Position numbers and translations under genes: made by a program. From positions 1 through 56,274 of the forward strand of contig DATERJ010000020.1 of NCBI GenBank assembly GCA_035271645.1: a stretch of 56,274 nucleotides of DNA, given 5' to 3'. The notes below the pieces were generated by a model that saw only the letters and a program-made list of their open reading frames with translations, was not told the DNA's origin and searched no databases. This DNA comes from Candidatus Dojkabacteria bacterium (lineage in GTDB: Bacteria > Patescibacteriota > Dojkabacteria > SC72). Shown here one piece after another: positions 37,307 through 47,028 of this stretch (its first letter is position 1; each line of letters starts with the position of its first letter).

Positions 37307-39313
37307 TTAGTTGTAGCTGTAATATTCACAAATATCCTGTGGTATCTCCCCTAAGAATCTTGATGGTATTTGAGATGAAAAACCCTCTCTTGTTATCCTC
37401 TTTTCTGCAAAAGTGATGTAAAGTTTCTGTTTAGCTCTAGTTATACCAACATAGCAAAGTCTTCTCTCTTCCTCTAACTCACTCTCTTCCAAGAAAGCTC
37501 TTGAGTGAGGCAACAGACCTTCCTCTACCCCTATCATAAATACAAAATCGAATTCTAAACCTTTGGAGGAGTGAAGAGTCATCAAATTAACGTAATTACC
37601 ACTCCCATCCTGATTCTTCTCTTGTTCTTGTTCGATGATATTAATCTCATTCAAGAAGATCTCTAAGCTTTTCTTTCCATATTTTGATGTGTATGAAGAA
37701 GCTACATTTTTGAGTTCTGTAACATTCTCTTTCTTCATCTGAGCCTCTTCTGACCCATCATCAAACCATTCTACATATTTTGTTCTTTCTAGAATCGTAT
37801 CAATGATATCTAATAATTCTCTCTCCTGTGCATAGTAGTAGAGATTACCAAACAGAGATATTACTGAAAGATATTTACCCCACTCATCTTTTTTCTTCAT
37901 AATCTCCTCTACTTGTTCAACAGAGAGAGGACATTCACTTTGGAACTCCTGATTCATAGATGTATATGCACCTACTATGAATTCCCCTATTGTTAAATTA
38001 AACTCTTTTGCAAATGTATGTAAGTCTGCAAGTGCTTTTGGTCCAACTTTCCTTGGAGGAGTATTTATTATCCTATCTAAGCTTAATTCATCTTTAATGT
38101 TAGAGAGAAAACGGAGATAGCTGATAACATCTTTAATCTCTTTTCTTTCATAGAACCTAAAACCTCCTACTAACTTGTAGGGAAGACCTGTTTTGAGAAG
38201 CGCTTCCTCAATAGTTCTTGATTGATAGTTAGTTCGATACAAAACTGCAATATTTTTCATGTTTACACCTTGTTGTTGTAATAATCGAATATTATTTACA
38301 ACATACTCTGCTTCATCCTCTTGGTCCATTGCTTGATAGATTGTTATCTTGTCCCCTTCAGAATTGTCTGTCCAAAGAGCTTTGTCTACTCTACTATAGT
38401 TTTGTTGTATTACTGCTACTGCTGCTTTTATTACATTTTTTGTAGAACGATAGTTCTGTTCTAGTTTTACAACATTTACATTGTCAAAATCATTTTCAAA
38501 GGATTGTATATTCTTTATATCAGCCCCTCTCCATGCATATATTCCTTGGTCATCATCTCCTACTACACATATATTTTTGTATTTCTCTGATATTATTTTC
38601 GCAAATTTGTATTGTACTGTATTCGTGTCTTGATATTCATCAATGAGAAGATATTGAAATTTTTCTTGATATTTTTCTCGAACTTTTTGATTTTCATCTA
38701 GAAGTTTTACAGTTAGATAGAGTAAATCTCCAAAGTCTACTGCGTTTTGTGATTGGAGTTGTTTCTGGTATTTTGGATATATCTCGGCAACTATGTCTTC
38801 AATAAATCCTCCGTAGTGGAAAGGAAATTGTTCTGGAGAAATTAAATCATTCTTAGCAGCACTTATGAAATATGATATTGCAGATGGTTTGTACTGTTTA
38901 ACATCTAAATTTTTCTCAAGAAGGAGTTCTTTTATCATATTTTCACTATCATTTGAGTCATAGATTGAGAAGTTGTTCTCTAATCCCACTTCCTTTGCAT
39001 TCTGTCTGAGAATCATTGCCCCTATTGAGTGAAATGTTCCAATGGTAGGTATTCCTTTTTTATCTTGCTTTAATTCTTGCAATATTCCCTGCACTCTCTC
39101 TTGCATCTCCCCTGCTGCTTTTTTAGTAAATGTGACTGCTAGAATATTACTTGGTTTGACACCTTTTTCACTAATTAGATATGCAATTCTGTTTGTAATT
39201 ACTCTCGTTTTACCAGAACCTGCTCCTGCAAAGACAAGAAGTGGTCCCTCTGTAGTGGTAACAGCTTTTTTTTGTTCAGGGTTGAGCCCCTGAAGTATTA
39301 TTTCTGAATTCAT
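37307..39313 (-). CDS. uvrD: UvrD/PcrA-family ATP-dependent DNA helicase
   Basis: 668 aa. Walker A AGAGSGKT, LLIDEYQDTN, the helicase motifs and a C-terminal VGITRA. Confidence 0.9.
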   Translation of the reverse strand: MNSEIILQGLNPEQKKAVTTTEGPLLVFAGAGSGKTRVITNRIAYLISEKGVKPSNILAVTFTKKAAGEMQERVQGILQELKQDKKGIPTIGTFHSIGAMILRQNAKEVGLENNFSIYDSNDSENMIKELLLEKNLDVKQYKPSAISYFISAAKNDLISPEQFPFHYGGFIEDIVAEIYPKYQKQLQSQNAVDFGDLLYLTVKLLDENQKVREKYQEKFQYLLIDEYQDTNTVQYKFAKIISEKYKNICVVGDDDQGIYAWRGADIKNIQSFENDFDNVNVVKLEQNYRSTKNVIKAAVAVIQQNYSRVDKALWTDNSEGDKITIYQAMDQEDEAEYVVNNIRLLQQQGVNMKNIAVLYRTNYQSRTIEEALLKTGLPYKLVGGFRFYERKEIKDVISYLRFLSNIKDELSLDRIINTPPRKVGPKALADLHTFAKEFNLTIGEFIVGAYTSMNQEFQSECPLSVEQVEEIMKKKDEWGKYLSVISLFGNLYYYAQERELLDIIDTILERTKYVEWFDDGSEEAQMKKENVTELKNVASSYTSKYGKKSLEIFLNEINIIEQEQEKNQDGSGNYVNLMTLHSSKGLEFDFVFMIGVEEGLLPHSRAFLEESELEEERRLCYVGITRAKQKLYITFAEKRITREGFSSQIPSRFLGEIPQDICEYYSYN

Positions 39314-39322
39314 AGGTAATTG

Positions 39323-40501
39323 CTAAATCTTTTTTAGATATCTCATTAGTCCCCAACCTTCTACATCTTCGCTGTATTTAATCTTCCCCCATCCATCTTT
39401 TTCTTCAAGAAGAATGAATACAGACCCATCTTTTACTGCATCAATTATCTCACAACTAGCCCATTTACACTTTCTGATATTTAAGAATCCATATTCGGGA
39501 GATACTACTTGTACCAAAACATTGTCTCCTTTAACAACTTTAAACTTTACTTCAAACTCAGACCCTTCAAATGGTTCTCCCTCTGATTCTTGCAGTACAA
39601 ACGATTCCTTAACTTCACCAACGAGAACTTTTGCTTCCAGTTCAAACTCTATTTCTAAATTATCCCCAGGTTTAATCTCCTTGTCTGTAATACTAACCGG
39701 TTTACTAAAGCTATCCCATACTTTGTTTACTGCCAAAGGGCTCTCTTTTCCACCTTTCACAGAGAGATATATTGGTTCATCTTTTACAAACCATACAAAG
39801 TCATTCATATTTTTGTATGTAACCTTCACCTTAATTCTCCCCCCTATTACTGATTCCTTAGGATATTCTAAATTCTCCATTTTTACTTTGTATGGGAGTG
39901 GTTTTGAAGGAGAGGGTTTCCAGTTAGTAAAGGTTTCATTTACTGAGGTACTAAACTCTCCTGTGCTATTTAAAACACTTAACTCGGAGAGTGCTCCTTC
40001 TGATTTTGTAATCTTTAATTTAACTGGTTTTACACTCTTTACATCCCACCTTTCTGAGAGAGAGTTCACAATCTCTTTAAGGGATGACTGGGCTCTGCTT
40101 GTTATATTCCCATTATTTGAAAGATACCCAATGAGGATCACATTCTTTAGGTCTTCTGACGGAACATTTGCACCTTGATACCCTTGTTTCCCTTGATATA
40201 TTGTTCCATTTTCATCAATCATGTATGTATATGGTATATCTGGTAGAGCTAATCTAGTTATGTAGTAATAGTAGAGAGTCTTAACCCAAAGAGAAGGGTT
40301 TCTAGGCATCTCCTGAGCTGAGGATGTTATCTGAGTTATATATATCTTTTGTGGTGATGAGTATATTGTGACTGTTTGATCTGCCAGAGATGTATCAAAC
40401 TTCTGTGTTTCTATGGAATACGAAGAGAAGGCATCTATTTTAGATGGAAAACAAAATATACATATTACGAGAATGGATAGAATTGTAACAATCTTCTTCA
40501 T
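39323..40501 (-). CDS. Secreted protein: degenerate PGRP/amidase_2-like domain, beta-sandwich and C-terminal SH3b domain
   Basis: 392 aa with a signal peptide (ending KIDA). IPYTYMIDENGTIYQGKQGY...NVILIGYLSNNGNITSRAQSSL follows the amidase_2 core pattern, but the zinc-ligand His positions are not evident. The C-terminal GFLNIRK...DGSVFILLEEKDGWGKIKY is SH3_3-like. Confidence 0.55.
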   Translation of the reverse strand: MKKIVTILSILVICIFCFPSKIDAFSSYSIETQKFDTSLADQTVTIYSSPQKIYITQITSSAQEMPRNPSLWVKTLYYYYITRLALPDIPYTYMIDENGTIYQGKQGYQGANVPSEDLKNVILIGYLSNNGNITSRAQSSLKEIVNSLSERWDVKSVKPVKLKITKSEGALSELSVLNSTGEFSTSVNETFTNWKPSPSKPLPYKVKMENLEYPKESVIGGRIKVKVTYKNMNDFVWFVKDEPIYLSVKGGKESPLAVNKVWDSFSKPVSITDKEIKPGDNLEIEFELEAKVLVGEVKESFVLQESEGEPFEGSEFEVKFKVVKGDNVLVQVVSPEYGFLNIRKCKWASCEIIDAVKDGSVFILLEEKDGWGKIKYSEDVEGWGLMRYLKKI

Positions 40502-40523
40502 ACAGAAATTCTAGCAAGAAATA

Positions 40524-41570
40524 TTATTGATTACCAGTTCCAATTTCACTAAACTCCACAATATCTTCTCTTGAAGAGATATTCTTTTGTTCTGTGGCCA
40601 TGATGTACATAATGATGTCTGCAGCATAGACTTCATTATGAAAATCTTTATATCTTGCATCTGCCATAAAAATGTATACAGGATACACAAATCCCCCTGT
40701 GAAATCAGTAAACACATAAGCTTTCTGCATCTCTCTGACATCCAATGAGTCTAATCTTATTGTACCTTTTATATATCTATCTAAATTGTTGTAATTTTCA
40801 CTAATGGTTAGTCTGTCAATATATACCCTTTTATTTGACAACAGCTCTAATTCACTCAACAAAGAATATTGGGAATACACAGAAATACTATCCTTGTTGT
40901 ATAGTAAGATAGAAAGGTTGGTAATATGAGAATCCTTATCTGTTTGAATAATAAAGGCATATGATTCAAGATAAGCTGAACCAAAGGTTTTACCATTTAT
41001 TAAATATTTGCCTTTATAGGTATAACCCCCAAAAGAATTCTTCTCTACCAAAATATTATCAGTATCTATATCCGTAAGCTCAAAATATCGAGTAATAAAA
41101 AGATTAATATCTTCTCTACCCGCTATTAAGAAAGGTGTTGGTAACCCATATGGTGAAGAAACTTTAAAAATACCTGTTTTTTTGTAATATATAAAAGTGT
41201 TACTTTTTGACATCCAAAAATCTACAATCTCTGATGGATATCTAGATTCAGCCTTGTTGTCAAATTTATGCACCAATTCTGCAAGAGGCCGTTTATAAGG
41301 TAAAATACTATAGACACTTAAGAACTCCTCTGTAAACAGGTCTTTCTTAGCAGGAAGAGTAAAATTAGGCAATTTGGTATTCTCCATAAAAGGAGAAACT
41401 ATTTTTTTATCCCTCTGTATAGAAACTGTTTCAGGTTGTTTCTGAGTTAAAATCAAGACAAATACACCTATTAAGATTATAAGAACTAATCCTGTTAGTA
41501 TATATTTTCTATATTTTTGAATAAATTCTTTAATTCTCATATTTTTAATTACAATATCCTGTCTGCGCAC
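40524..41570 (-). CDS. Hypothetical bitopic membrane protein (N-terminal TM helix plus a ~300-aa exodomain)
   Basis: 348 aa. An alternative ATG at 41540 would remove the 26-nt overlap with the upstream gene. No motif was found. The size and topology resemble VirB8/TcpC-type proteins, but this is architecture only. Confidence 0.55.
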   Translation of the reverse strand: MRRQDIVIKNMRIKEFIQKYRKYILTGLVLIILIGVFVLILTQKQPETVSIQRDKKIVSPFMENTKLPNFTLPAKKDLFTEEFLSVYSILPYKRPLAELVHKFDNKAESRYPSEIVDFWMSKSNTFIYYKKTGIFKVSSPYGLPTPFLIAGREDINLFITRYFELTDIDTDNILVEKNSFGGYTYKGKYLINGKTFGSAYLESYAFIIQTDKDSHITNLSILLYNKDSISVYSQYSLLSELELLSNKRVYIDRLTISENYNNLDRYIKGTIRLDSLDVREMQKAYVFTDFTGGFVYPVYIFMADARYKDFHNEVYAADIIMYIMATEQKNISSREDIVEFSEIGTGNQ

Positions 41571-44202
41571 TTTCTAACCTACTATGGAAATATGCAGCAC
41601 ACTGAGGATCTGCACTATCTACCCTACGATAGGCTAAATTAATTAAATCTTCTTCTGTACAACCACCTTCTCGCTTAAATACCTCTGCTGCAGAGGTAGC
41701 TCGCATAGACACACCATTAACTACCACACAATACCAACCGCCATTATTAGACATATAATCAGCCCCCCATTCCCTATATTTTATATCTGTATGATAGTCA
41801 AAATACCATCCTTGAACAAAGTGCATCATCTCATGTCTAAAAATTGTATTATATGCACTTGCTGGAATTCTACTCATCTCACAAAATACTGTCCCCTGAG
41901 CTGCATAACACCAACCACCTAGTATGCGACCACAATAACCTTCTGTACTACCAGCACAGTCATGTAGAGTGACAGAAACACCAAACTCCGAAGCTATCGA
42001 CATAAAAATATCATAAGCTCCTCCCGAATATAGTGGGATATCACCTCCAGGTACTGTTCCTCCTGGACCATCGTAAAATCCAGGACCATCAACAGGAACC
42101 ACATAATCAATATCTCCTAAAACAATCTCATAGGGAGCTACATGACTATATGACCCTAAAGTCTTCATTGTTCCAAAAGGGGAAAGAAGAAGTATAGTAG
42201 GAATAACTATGCCTACTATACTTACCAAAGCAAAAGAAACAACAAAAGTAAGATCTTTCATTAGTGGCCTAGCTATCCTCCTGGCTAAATCGGTCATTCT
42301 GTCAACAAACAAACCAACAGCAGAGCTAGCACCTGTCAGAAAAGACTTAAGTGTGGATGCAACAGCAATTGAAACACCTTTCATGTTTGCTCCTTGTGCA
42401 AACCAATTTTTAACCGTACTTTTGGCCACTTCATCCTTAGCCAGCTTCAATAATATATCTCTAATCTTCTTCGCAACAATCCCACCTAACTTACCAACAG
42501 TCTTTTTGTATAGAGAAGATTCTGTGATTTCTTTCTTAATCTTTTCGATAAGATTAAACTGATTGGCAGTCGCAGTAAGTCTGTTAAACTTCTCAAGTTG
42601 ACCTCTGTTATCCTCGATAAATTTTAATAAAATTGCAAAGTTTGGATCATTTTCTAATGAATGTAGATATGCTACTCCTTCCGCACTAAATAATTTATCC
42701 CAATCTATCTTTCCTGTTAATTTCCCCCCAGAAAAGACTCTAAAATTTTCTATAAAACTCTCCCTTTGATTATACGCTTGTCGCGCATAACCATGGCCTG
42801 TTGTTATGTTTTCAATAATTCCCATTGGGGCAAATCGGTAGTAGAAGTCCATCATACCATCATAGTATGCCTGTTGAAATCTATTCTTCCCCTTCTTGGC
42901 AAGAAATCCCCTATACTCTGTAGCAACCAATTTGCCACTCCTGTCCAAATAAGTTAATCTCATTGTCCTATCCATATCTCTCGGTTGTAAATCCCACATG
43001 GTGTTTTTCTTTGCATCAAAAAAATCTCCATTCATAATCGCCGGTACTACCCTTCCCCCAACAGTATGTTCATAGAGTTGCTGTACCGATCTTATCTGTG
43101 TCTCCATAACACCTAAATTGTAAGCAGTCCTCTGAAGTTTGAAACTCCTTACCTGTGTATTTATCTCTTTTATCTTTACCCCTATCGCTTTTACCCTTTC
43201 TCTACTAGCTTGGTCTGTAGCTTTAGATAAACTCTCTAACTCCTTTCTTAATTTCCCTAAATCTACTTCTCTTCTCATTAGAAACTTCTCAACCCCTCCA
43301 ACTTTGCTATATCTATCACTATTATGCAACACTCCCAAAATATTTTGTGCATCATCATATCCCTGAGCTTGGCGATTGAACCTACTTGCTTGAGCACTAT
43401 CTGGAGCAAATTTTGTGGCATTGTTTCGAGCTTTGGCTGCTTTTCGTGCAAGAGTTACCTTTTCAAATAACAGATGCATATCTCTATTTCCAGCTTCACT
43501 AAAGACATGGCTAAAATCTCTTTGATCTTGTGGTTTTGCCATCTCAGCCTTGTATTTCTGATGGATACTCTGAAGGTTAGTGTAGACTTCCCCACCTTCC
43601 TTATCTCCATAAACAGATTTTAAGTCAGCCTCTGAAATGTTTTGGTAATTCCCCTTTCCCCAAGATTGAGCAGCGAGTTGAATACTTCTAGTATTTGCTT
43701 CATGTACTGCACTCTCATCTTCTGCAGACTTACCCATTCTCAAGAATGTATCTCTTGTATCCGCATCTAGTCCTAACTGAGAGGCCATACCCGCAGCAGT
43801 AAAAGCAGCTAAATCTTTTCCCCAAGCAGTCATTCGCCCTGCTTTCCTAGCTGCCTCTAATTTATCAAAAGCTTTCTTAGTAAGGGTTAAGTCATTATTC
43901 AGTAAGTCTGGAATTTCGCTAACACTTAATCTTACTGAAGTATCTCCACCTTTACCATCAGCAATAACTTCAAACTTGTTTAATCCTAGATCTGCAGCTC
44001 CTTTAATAGCTTCCTCTGTTGTCTCATTTACATACATCAAAGGTTGTTCTAGAACTGCTGCAATAACATCTACATATGGATTACTTGTATCTAAATCACC
44101 TACTTCTACAGGCGTTACTTTGTCCGGTGTTTTTTTGGCTTCTGAAAATATGAAGTCATAGACCGAATCAATTATACTTTCAGATTGTTTTTTTTGTGCC
44201 AT
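41545..44202 (-). CDS. Large membrane protein: ~640-aa helical N-region without a signal peptide, a TM segment, and a Cys-rich C-terminal HExxH (zincin-like) domain
   Basis: 885 aa. The hydrophobic segment is LTFVVSFALVSIVGIVIPTILLLSPFG, and HEMMH lies at 41821-41835. I found no Walker A motif. Confidence 0.6.
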   Translation of the reverse strand: MAQKKQSESIIDSVYDFIFSEAKKTPDKVTPVEVGDLDTSNPYVDVIAAVLEQPLMYVNETTEEAIKGAADLGLNKFEVIADGKGGDTSVRLSVSEIPDLLNNDLTLTKKAFDKLEAARKAGRMTAWGKDLAAFTAAGMASQLGLDADTRDTFLRMGKSAEDESAVHEANTRSIQLAAQSWGKGNYQNISEADLKSVYGDKEGGEVYTNLQSIHQKYKAEMAKPQDQRDFSHVFSEAGNRDMHLLFEKVTLARKAAKARNNATKFAPDSAQASRFNRQAQGYDDAQNILGVLHNSDRYSKVGGVEKFLMRREVDLGKLRKELESLSKATDQASRERVKAIGVKIKEINTQVRSFKLQRTAYNLGVMETQIRSVQQLYEHTVGGRVVPAIMNGDFFDAKKNTMWDLQPRDMDRTMRLTYLDRSGKLVATEYRGFLAKKGKNRFQQAYYDGMMDFYYRFAPMGIIENITTGHGYARQAYNQRESFIENFRVFSGGKLTGKIDWDKLFSAEGVAYLHSLENDPNFAILLKFIEDNRGQLEKFNRLTATANQFNLIEKIKKEITESSLYKKTVGKLGGIVAKKIRDILLKLAKDEVAKSTVKNWFAQGANMKGVSIAVASTLKSFLTGASSAVGLFVDRMTDLARRIARPLMKDLTFVVSFALVSIVGIVIPTILLLSPFGTMKTLGSYSHVAPYEIVLGDIDYVVPVDGPGFYDGPGGTVPGGDIPLYSGGAYDIFMSIASEFGVSVTLHDCAGSTEGYCGRILGGWCYAAQGTVFCEMSRIPASAYNTIFRHEMMHFVQGWYFDYHTDIKYREWGADYMSNNGGWYCVVVNGVSMRATSAAEVFKREGGCTEEDLINLAYRRVDSADPQCAAYFHSRLESAQTGYCN

Positions 44203-44217
44203 TAAGATTTAGCCTTG

Positions 44218-45567
44218 CTATTTAAACATACCACCTAAGAAAGGTACCCTTGATATTCCTTCTTTCAAAGATTTAGATAGATCTATCGATGATTTTGATG
44301 CTGTAATTGGAATTACACCTTTTAGGATTTCTGGTGCGGATGCAGCAGCATATATTGCAACTATTTTGGTAACACCTAGTAGTGAACTAGCTATACTTAT
44401 AGCCTCTCCATCATATCCAGGTATTAAAGTACTAGGGAAAGCCAGAGCAACCCCCTTACTAGAGATATAGTAAGGAAGATTAACAATTGCAAAAGCTAAC
44501 GGAAAAACTAAGGAACTCCTTAGAGCTGACTTAAAAGTATTCAACATCATTGCATCATTTCCTGGTATTGCACTAAACATAATTGCCAAAGGTGCTGTCA
44601 CAACGTTAACCAAAATCCTTAAATATGCTTTTATCAAGGCAACCCATAGCTTGATTGCACCTACCAATATAATTCCTGCAAGGACCAAAGCTGAAATTGA
44701 TAATGCTAGGCCACCAAGAAGCCAACCACCATTTTTTGAATCACTTAATACCAAGCTTATTATCTCCCCAAGACTTAATCCGCTTACAGTACCAGTTTCA
44801 ATAGTTACAGAGCTGTCAGAGAGGATACTTTTAAACAATGCAGTTGGGTCTGTTACATTAACACTCTGTGACAAATCTCCTGCATATAAAACAGATGCTA
44901 TGATATTAGTTACAATGCCTGCAAAATCTATTATTAAACCAATAATCGCAAAGCTAAAGGTTACCAATACTAGTGAAACTATTATCTTAGGAATTGAGTT
45001 CCCAATAGTAACCATCACTTGACCGCCAATCTTATTTCTAAACATAATCATAAAACCAACAATTATCATTACAACAACATAGAAAGCATATGCTATATTT
45101 CGAGTAGCCGACCATAAGGAGGATATACCGGAATCCTGTAAATCCTTATATCCATTAGCATATACAGCATTAGACTCCTTGTAACCTGGCACCCAATCTT
45201 CTGCCAAATGTGCAACAACATCTATTCGAGGCTGACTATTAAATAGTGCCATAATTCCATCCTCAGTTACCCCAACAAGCCCTCTCCGCATTGCCCCCTC
45301 TGGTAAATCTTCAGAGTTTTCTAAAACTTCTGGTGCTATTGCCGTTAACAATACTGATGCTGTTCCATACATAGATTTTCCCGCTAATTTGTCAGCATTC
45401 TGTCCCCCATTTGGAGTGTTTTGTATAACATCAGAAGCTTCATCCATATCTTTCCAACCTTGTTCTAGTGGTATTTTAAGCATTTCTTTCTCCTCCGCAT
45501 ATACGGGAATATTGAAAGCCATAAGGATTGTAAGAAGAACTAAGAGCAGAGAGAAAAATTTTTTCAT
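44218..45567 (-). CDS. Polytopic membrane protein with a cleavable signal peptide (VirB6/TrbL/TcpH-like topology)
   Basis: 449 aa. The signal peptide ends in VYA-EEK, followed by a ~140-aa exodomain and then about 6 or more hydrophobic helices. Confidence 0.6.
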   Translation of the reverse strand: MKKFFSLLLVLLTILMAFNIPVYAEEKEMLKIPLEQGWKDMDEASDVIQNTPNGGQNADKLAGKSMYGTASVLLTAIAPEVLENSEDLPEGAMRRGLVGVTEDGIMALFNSQPRIDVVAHLAEDWVPGYKESNAVYANGYKDLQDSGISSLWSATRNIAYAFYVVVMIIVGFMIMFRNKIGGQVMVTIGNSIPKIIVSLVLVTFSFAIIGLIIDFAGIVTNIIASVLYAGDLSQSVNVTDPTALFKSILSDSSVTIETGTVSGLSLGEIISLVLSDSKNGGWLLGGLALSISALVLAGIILVGAIKLWVALIKAYLRILVNVVTAPLAIMFSAIPGNDAMMLNTFKSALRSSLVFPLAFAIVNLPYYISSKGVALAFPSTLIPGYDGEAISIASSLLGVTKIVAIYAAASAPEILKGVIPITASKSSIDLSKSLKEGISRVPFLGGMFK

Positions 45568-45597
45568 ATCTTTTTAATAAAAAATAAAATACTTAAT

Positions 45598-47028
45598 TTA
45601 TTCTAATCCATATACACCAGCCGAGATATCAGAAGATTTCTTCACAGATTTCCAATACACATTGAAATTCTCTGGAAAATCCTCCTGATGGGGAGCCGAG
45701 GTAGCAGCTTGCATTTGGTAGTTGGAAAGAAACATAGAAGCATCCCACAAACAATATACACCGAATGAGACACCATCTATACTAATTGCACAATCAGTCG
45801 CAATAAACTGTGTTAATCTCTGATTAGGATTTGTAGACACTTCTTGAAGTCCATCTGCCTCTTGAGGAGATAATATAGATCTGTACCTGTCTGTAAGCAT
45901 TGCATTTCCACAGAGGTCATCTGTACATTCATAGGGATCTCCAAATATTGGAGTCATTTTTATACCAATCCCCCTAGTCCCTATACAAGTTCCCTTTTCT
46001 ACACTTCCATTAACTTCTTCTCCAACTGTACATCTTTTCCATGCAGATGAACTAAACATCTCTTTAAATATTGCCCCTATTTTCGCAGCCTTACCCTGAT
46101 CACAAGCATTGATTACACCTTTATCCCAAACAGTATAGTTTTCATCTTCTACTAAACAAGATTTTGTCTCCTTGTTTTCGTAGTGATCCCCTCCCGGAGC
46201 TTGCCCCATGAGATAACCCCCATACTTAGAGTCTGATGCCAACTTATTGGTTTTCTCAACATTAAAGTCCGATATAGCAAGCTCTCTTGGACAAGGTTTA
46301 CCCTTAACCTTACACTTCGGATTATGTGGTGCATTCCTTATTGTATACTCCCCTGGATTACTTGATGTGATACTCTCCGCACCTCCCAACTTAATCTCTG
46401 CCTCAACCTCAAAAGGAACTCTTTCTGTCTTGTTTAAAGATTTTGAGAACTTTTCCGACTCCTTAGGAGAAAGATTTCTGGTTACATACTCAACATCTAT
46501 CTGTTGTCCATTAGACCTAGACTCTGGAGAATCTTTCCTTATCTGCTTATTACTATCTTGATATGTACTTTGTCCCAAGAATACACTTAAAGGATATGTT
46601 ATCTCTGTGATTACCACCTTTGAATCTTTTGTCACTAGAACTCCCTCGCCAGAATCAACTCCACTCCCACTTGAGAAATCTACCTGCCCTGAACCGTTCG
46701 AACATGTCTTACGAATAGATGCTAGGAGAGTACTTGTTGGGATAGCTCCGCATGTATAATGTTTCACCCCTTTAATAGTTCCAATTGCATCACTACTTAA
46801 ACTTACTGTATCTTCTTGTTTCAGATATACAATATCCTCTTCTGGAATGTCTTCTATTAACTGATTATTCTTTTGACTATCACAATTTTCACATTCTTGA
46901 GGCATTGTCATGTTCACCTCCACCTCACTTACTGCAAATTGCCTTACAATCTTAACTGTAACCAAAGAAAAGCCCATTAAAAGGATTAACAGAAAAATTG
47001 GTTTTTTATTTCTACTCTTTTCTATCAT
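45598..47028 (-). CDS. Hypothetical TM-anchored/secreted Cys-containing protein
   Basis: 476 aa with an N-terminal TM helix and scattered Cys pairs. Its start overlaps the upstream stop (ATGA at 47025-47028). Confidence 0.55.
   Translation of the reverse strand: MIEKSRNKKPIFLLILLMGFSLVTVKIVRQFAVSEVEVNMTMPQECENCDSQKNNQLIEDIPEEDIVYLKQEDTVSLSSDAIGTIKGVKHYTCGAIPTSTLLASIRKTCSNGSGQVDFSSGSGVDSGEGVLVTKDSKVVITEITYPLSVFLGQSTYQDSNKQIRKDSPESRSNGQQIDVEYVTRNLSPKESEKFSKSLNKTERVPFEVEAEIKLGGAESITSSNPGEYTIRNAPHNPKCKVKGKPCPRELAISDFNVEKTNKLASDSKYGGYLMGQAPGGDHYENKETKSCLVEDENYTVWDKGVINACDQGKAAKIGAIFKEMFSSSAWKRCTVGEEVNGSVEKGTCIGTRGIGIKMTPIFGDPYECTDDLCGNAMLTDRYRSILSPQEADGLQEVSTNPNQRLTQFIATDCAISIDGVSFGVYCLWDASMFLSNYQMQAATSAPHQEDFPENFNVYWKSVKKSSDISAGVYGLE

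Noticed and set aside
41545-44202. Prophage tape-measure protein or phage tail module.
   Set aside because: There is no terminase, portal, capsid, tail tube, integrase or att-like repeat anywhere in the 17-kb cluster. The neighbours are membrane and surface proteins. I keep only the weaker statement that the architecture resembles such proteins.
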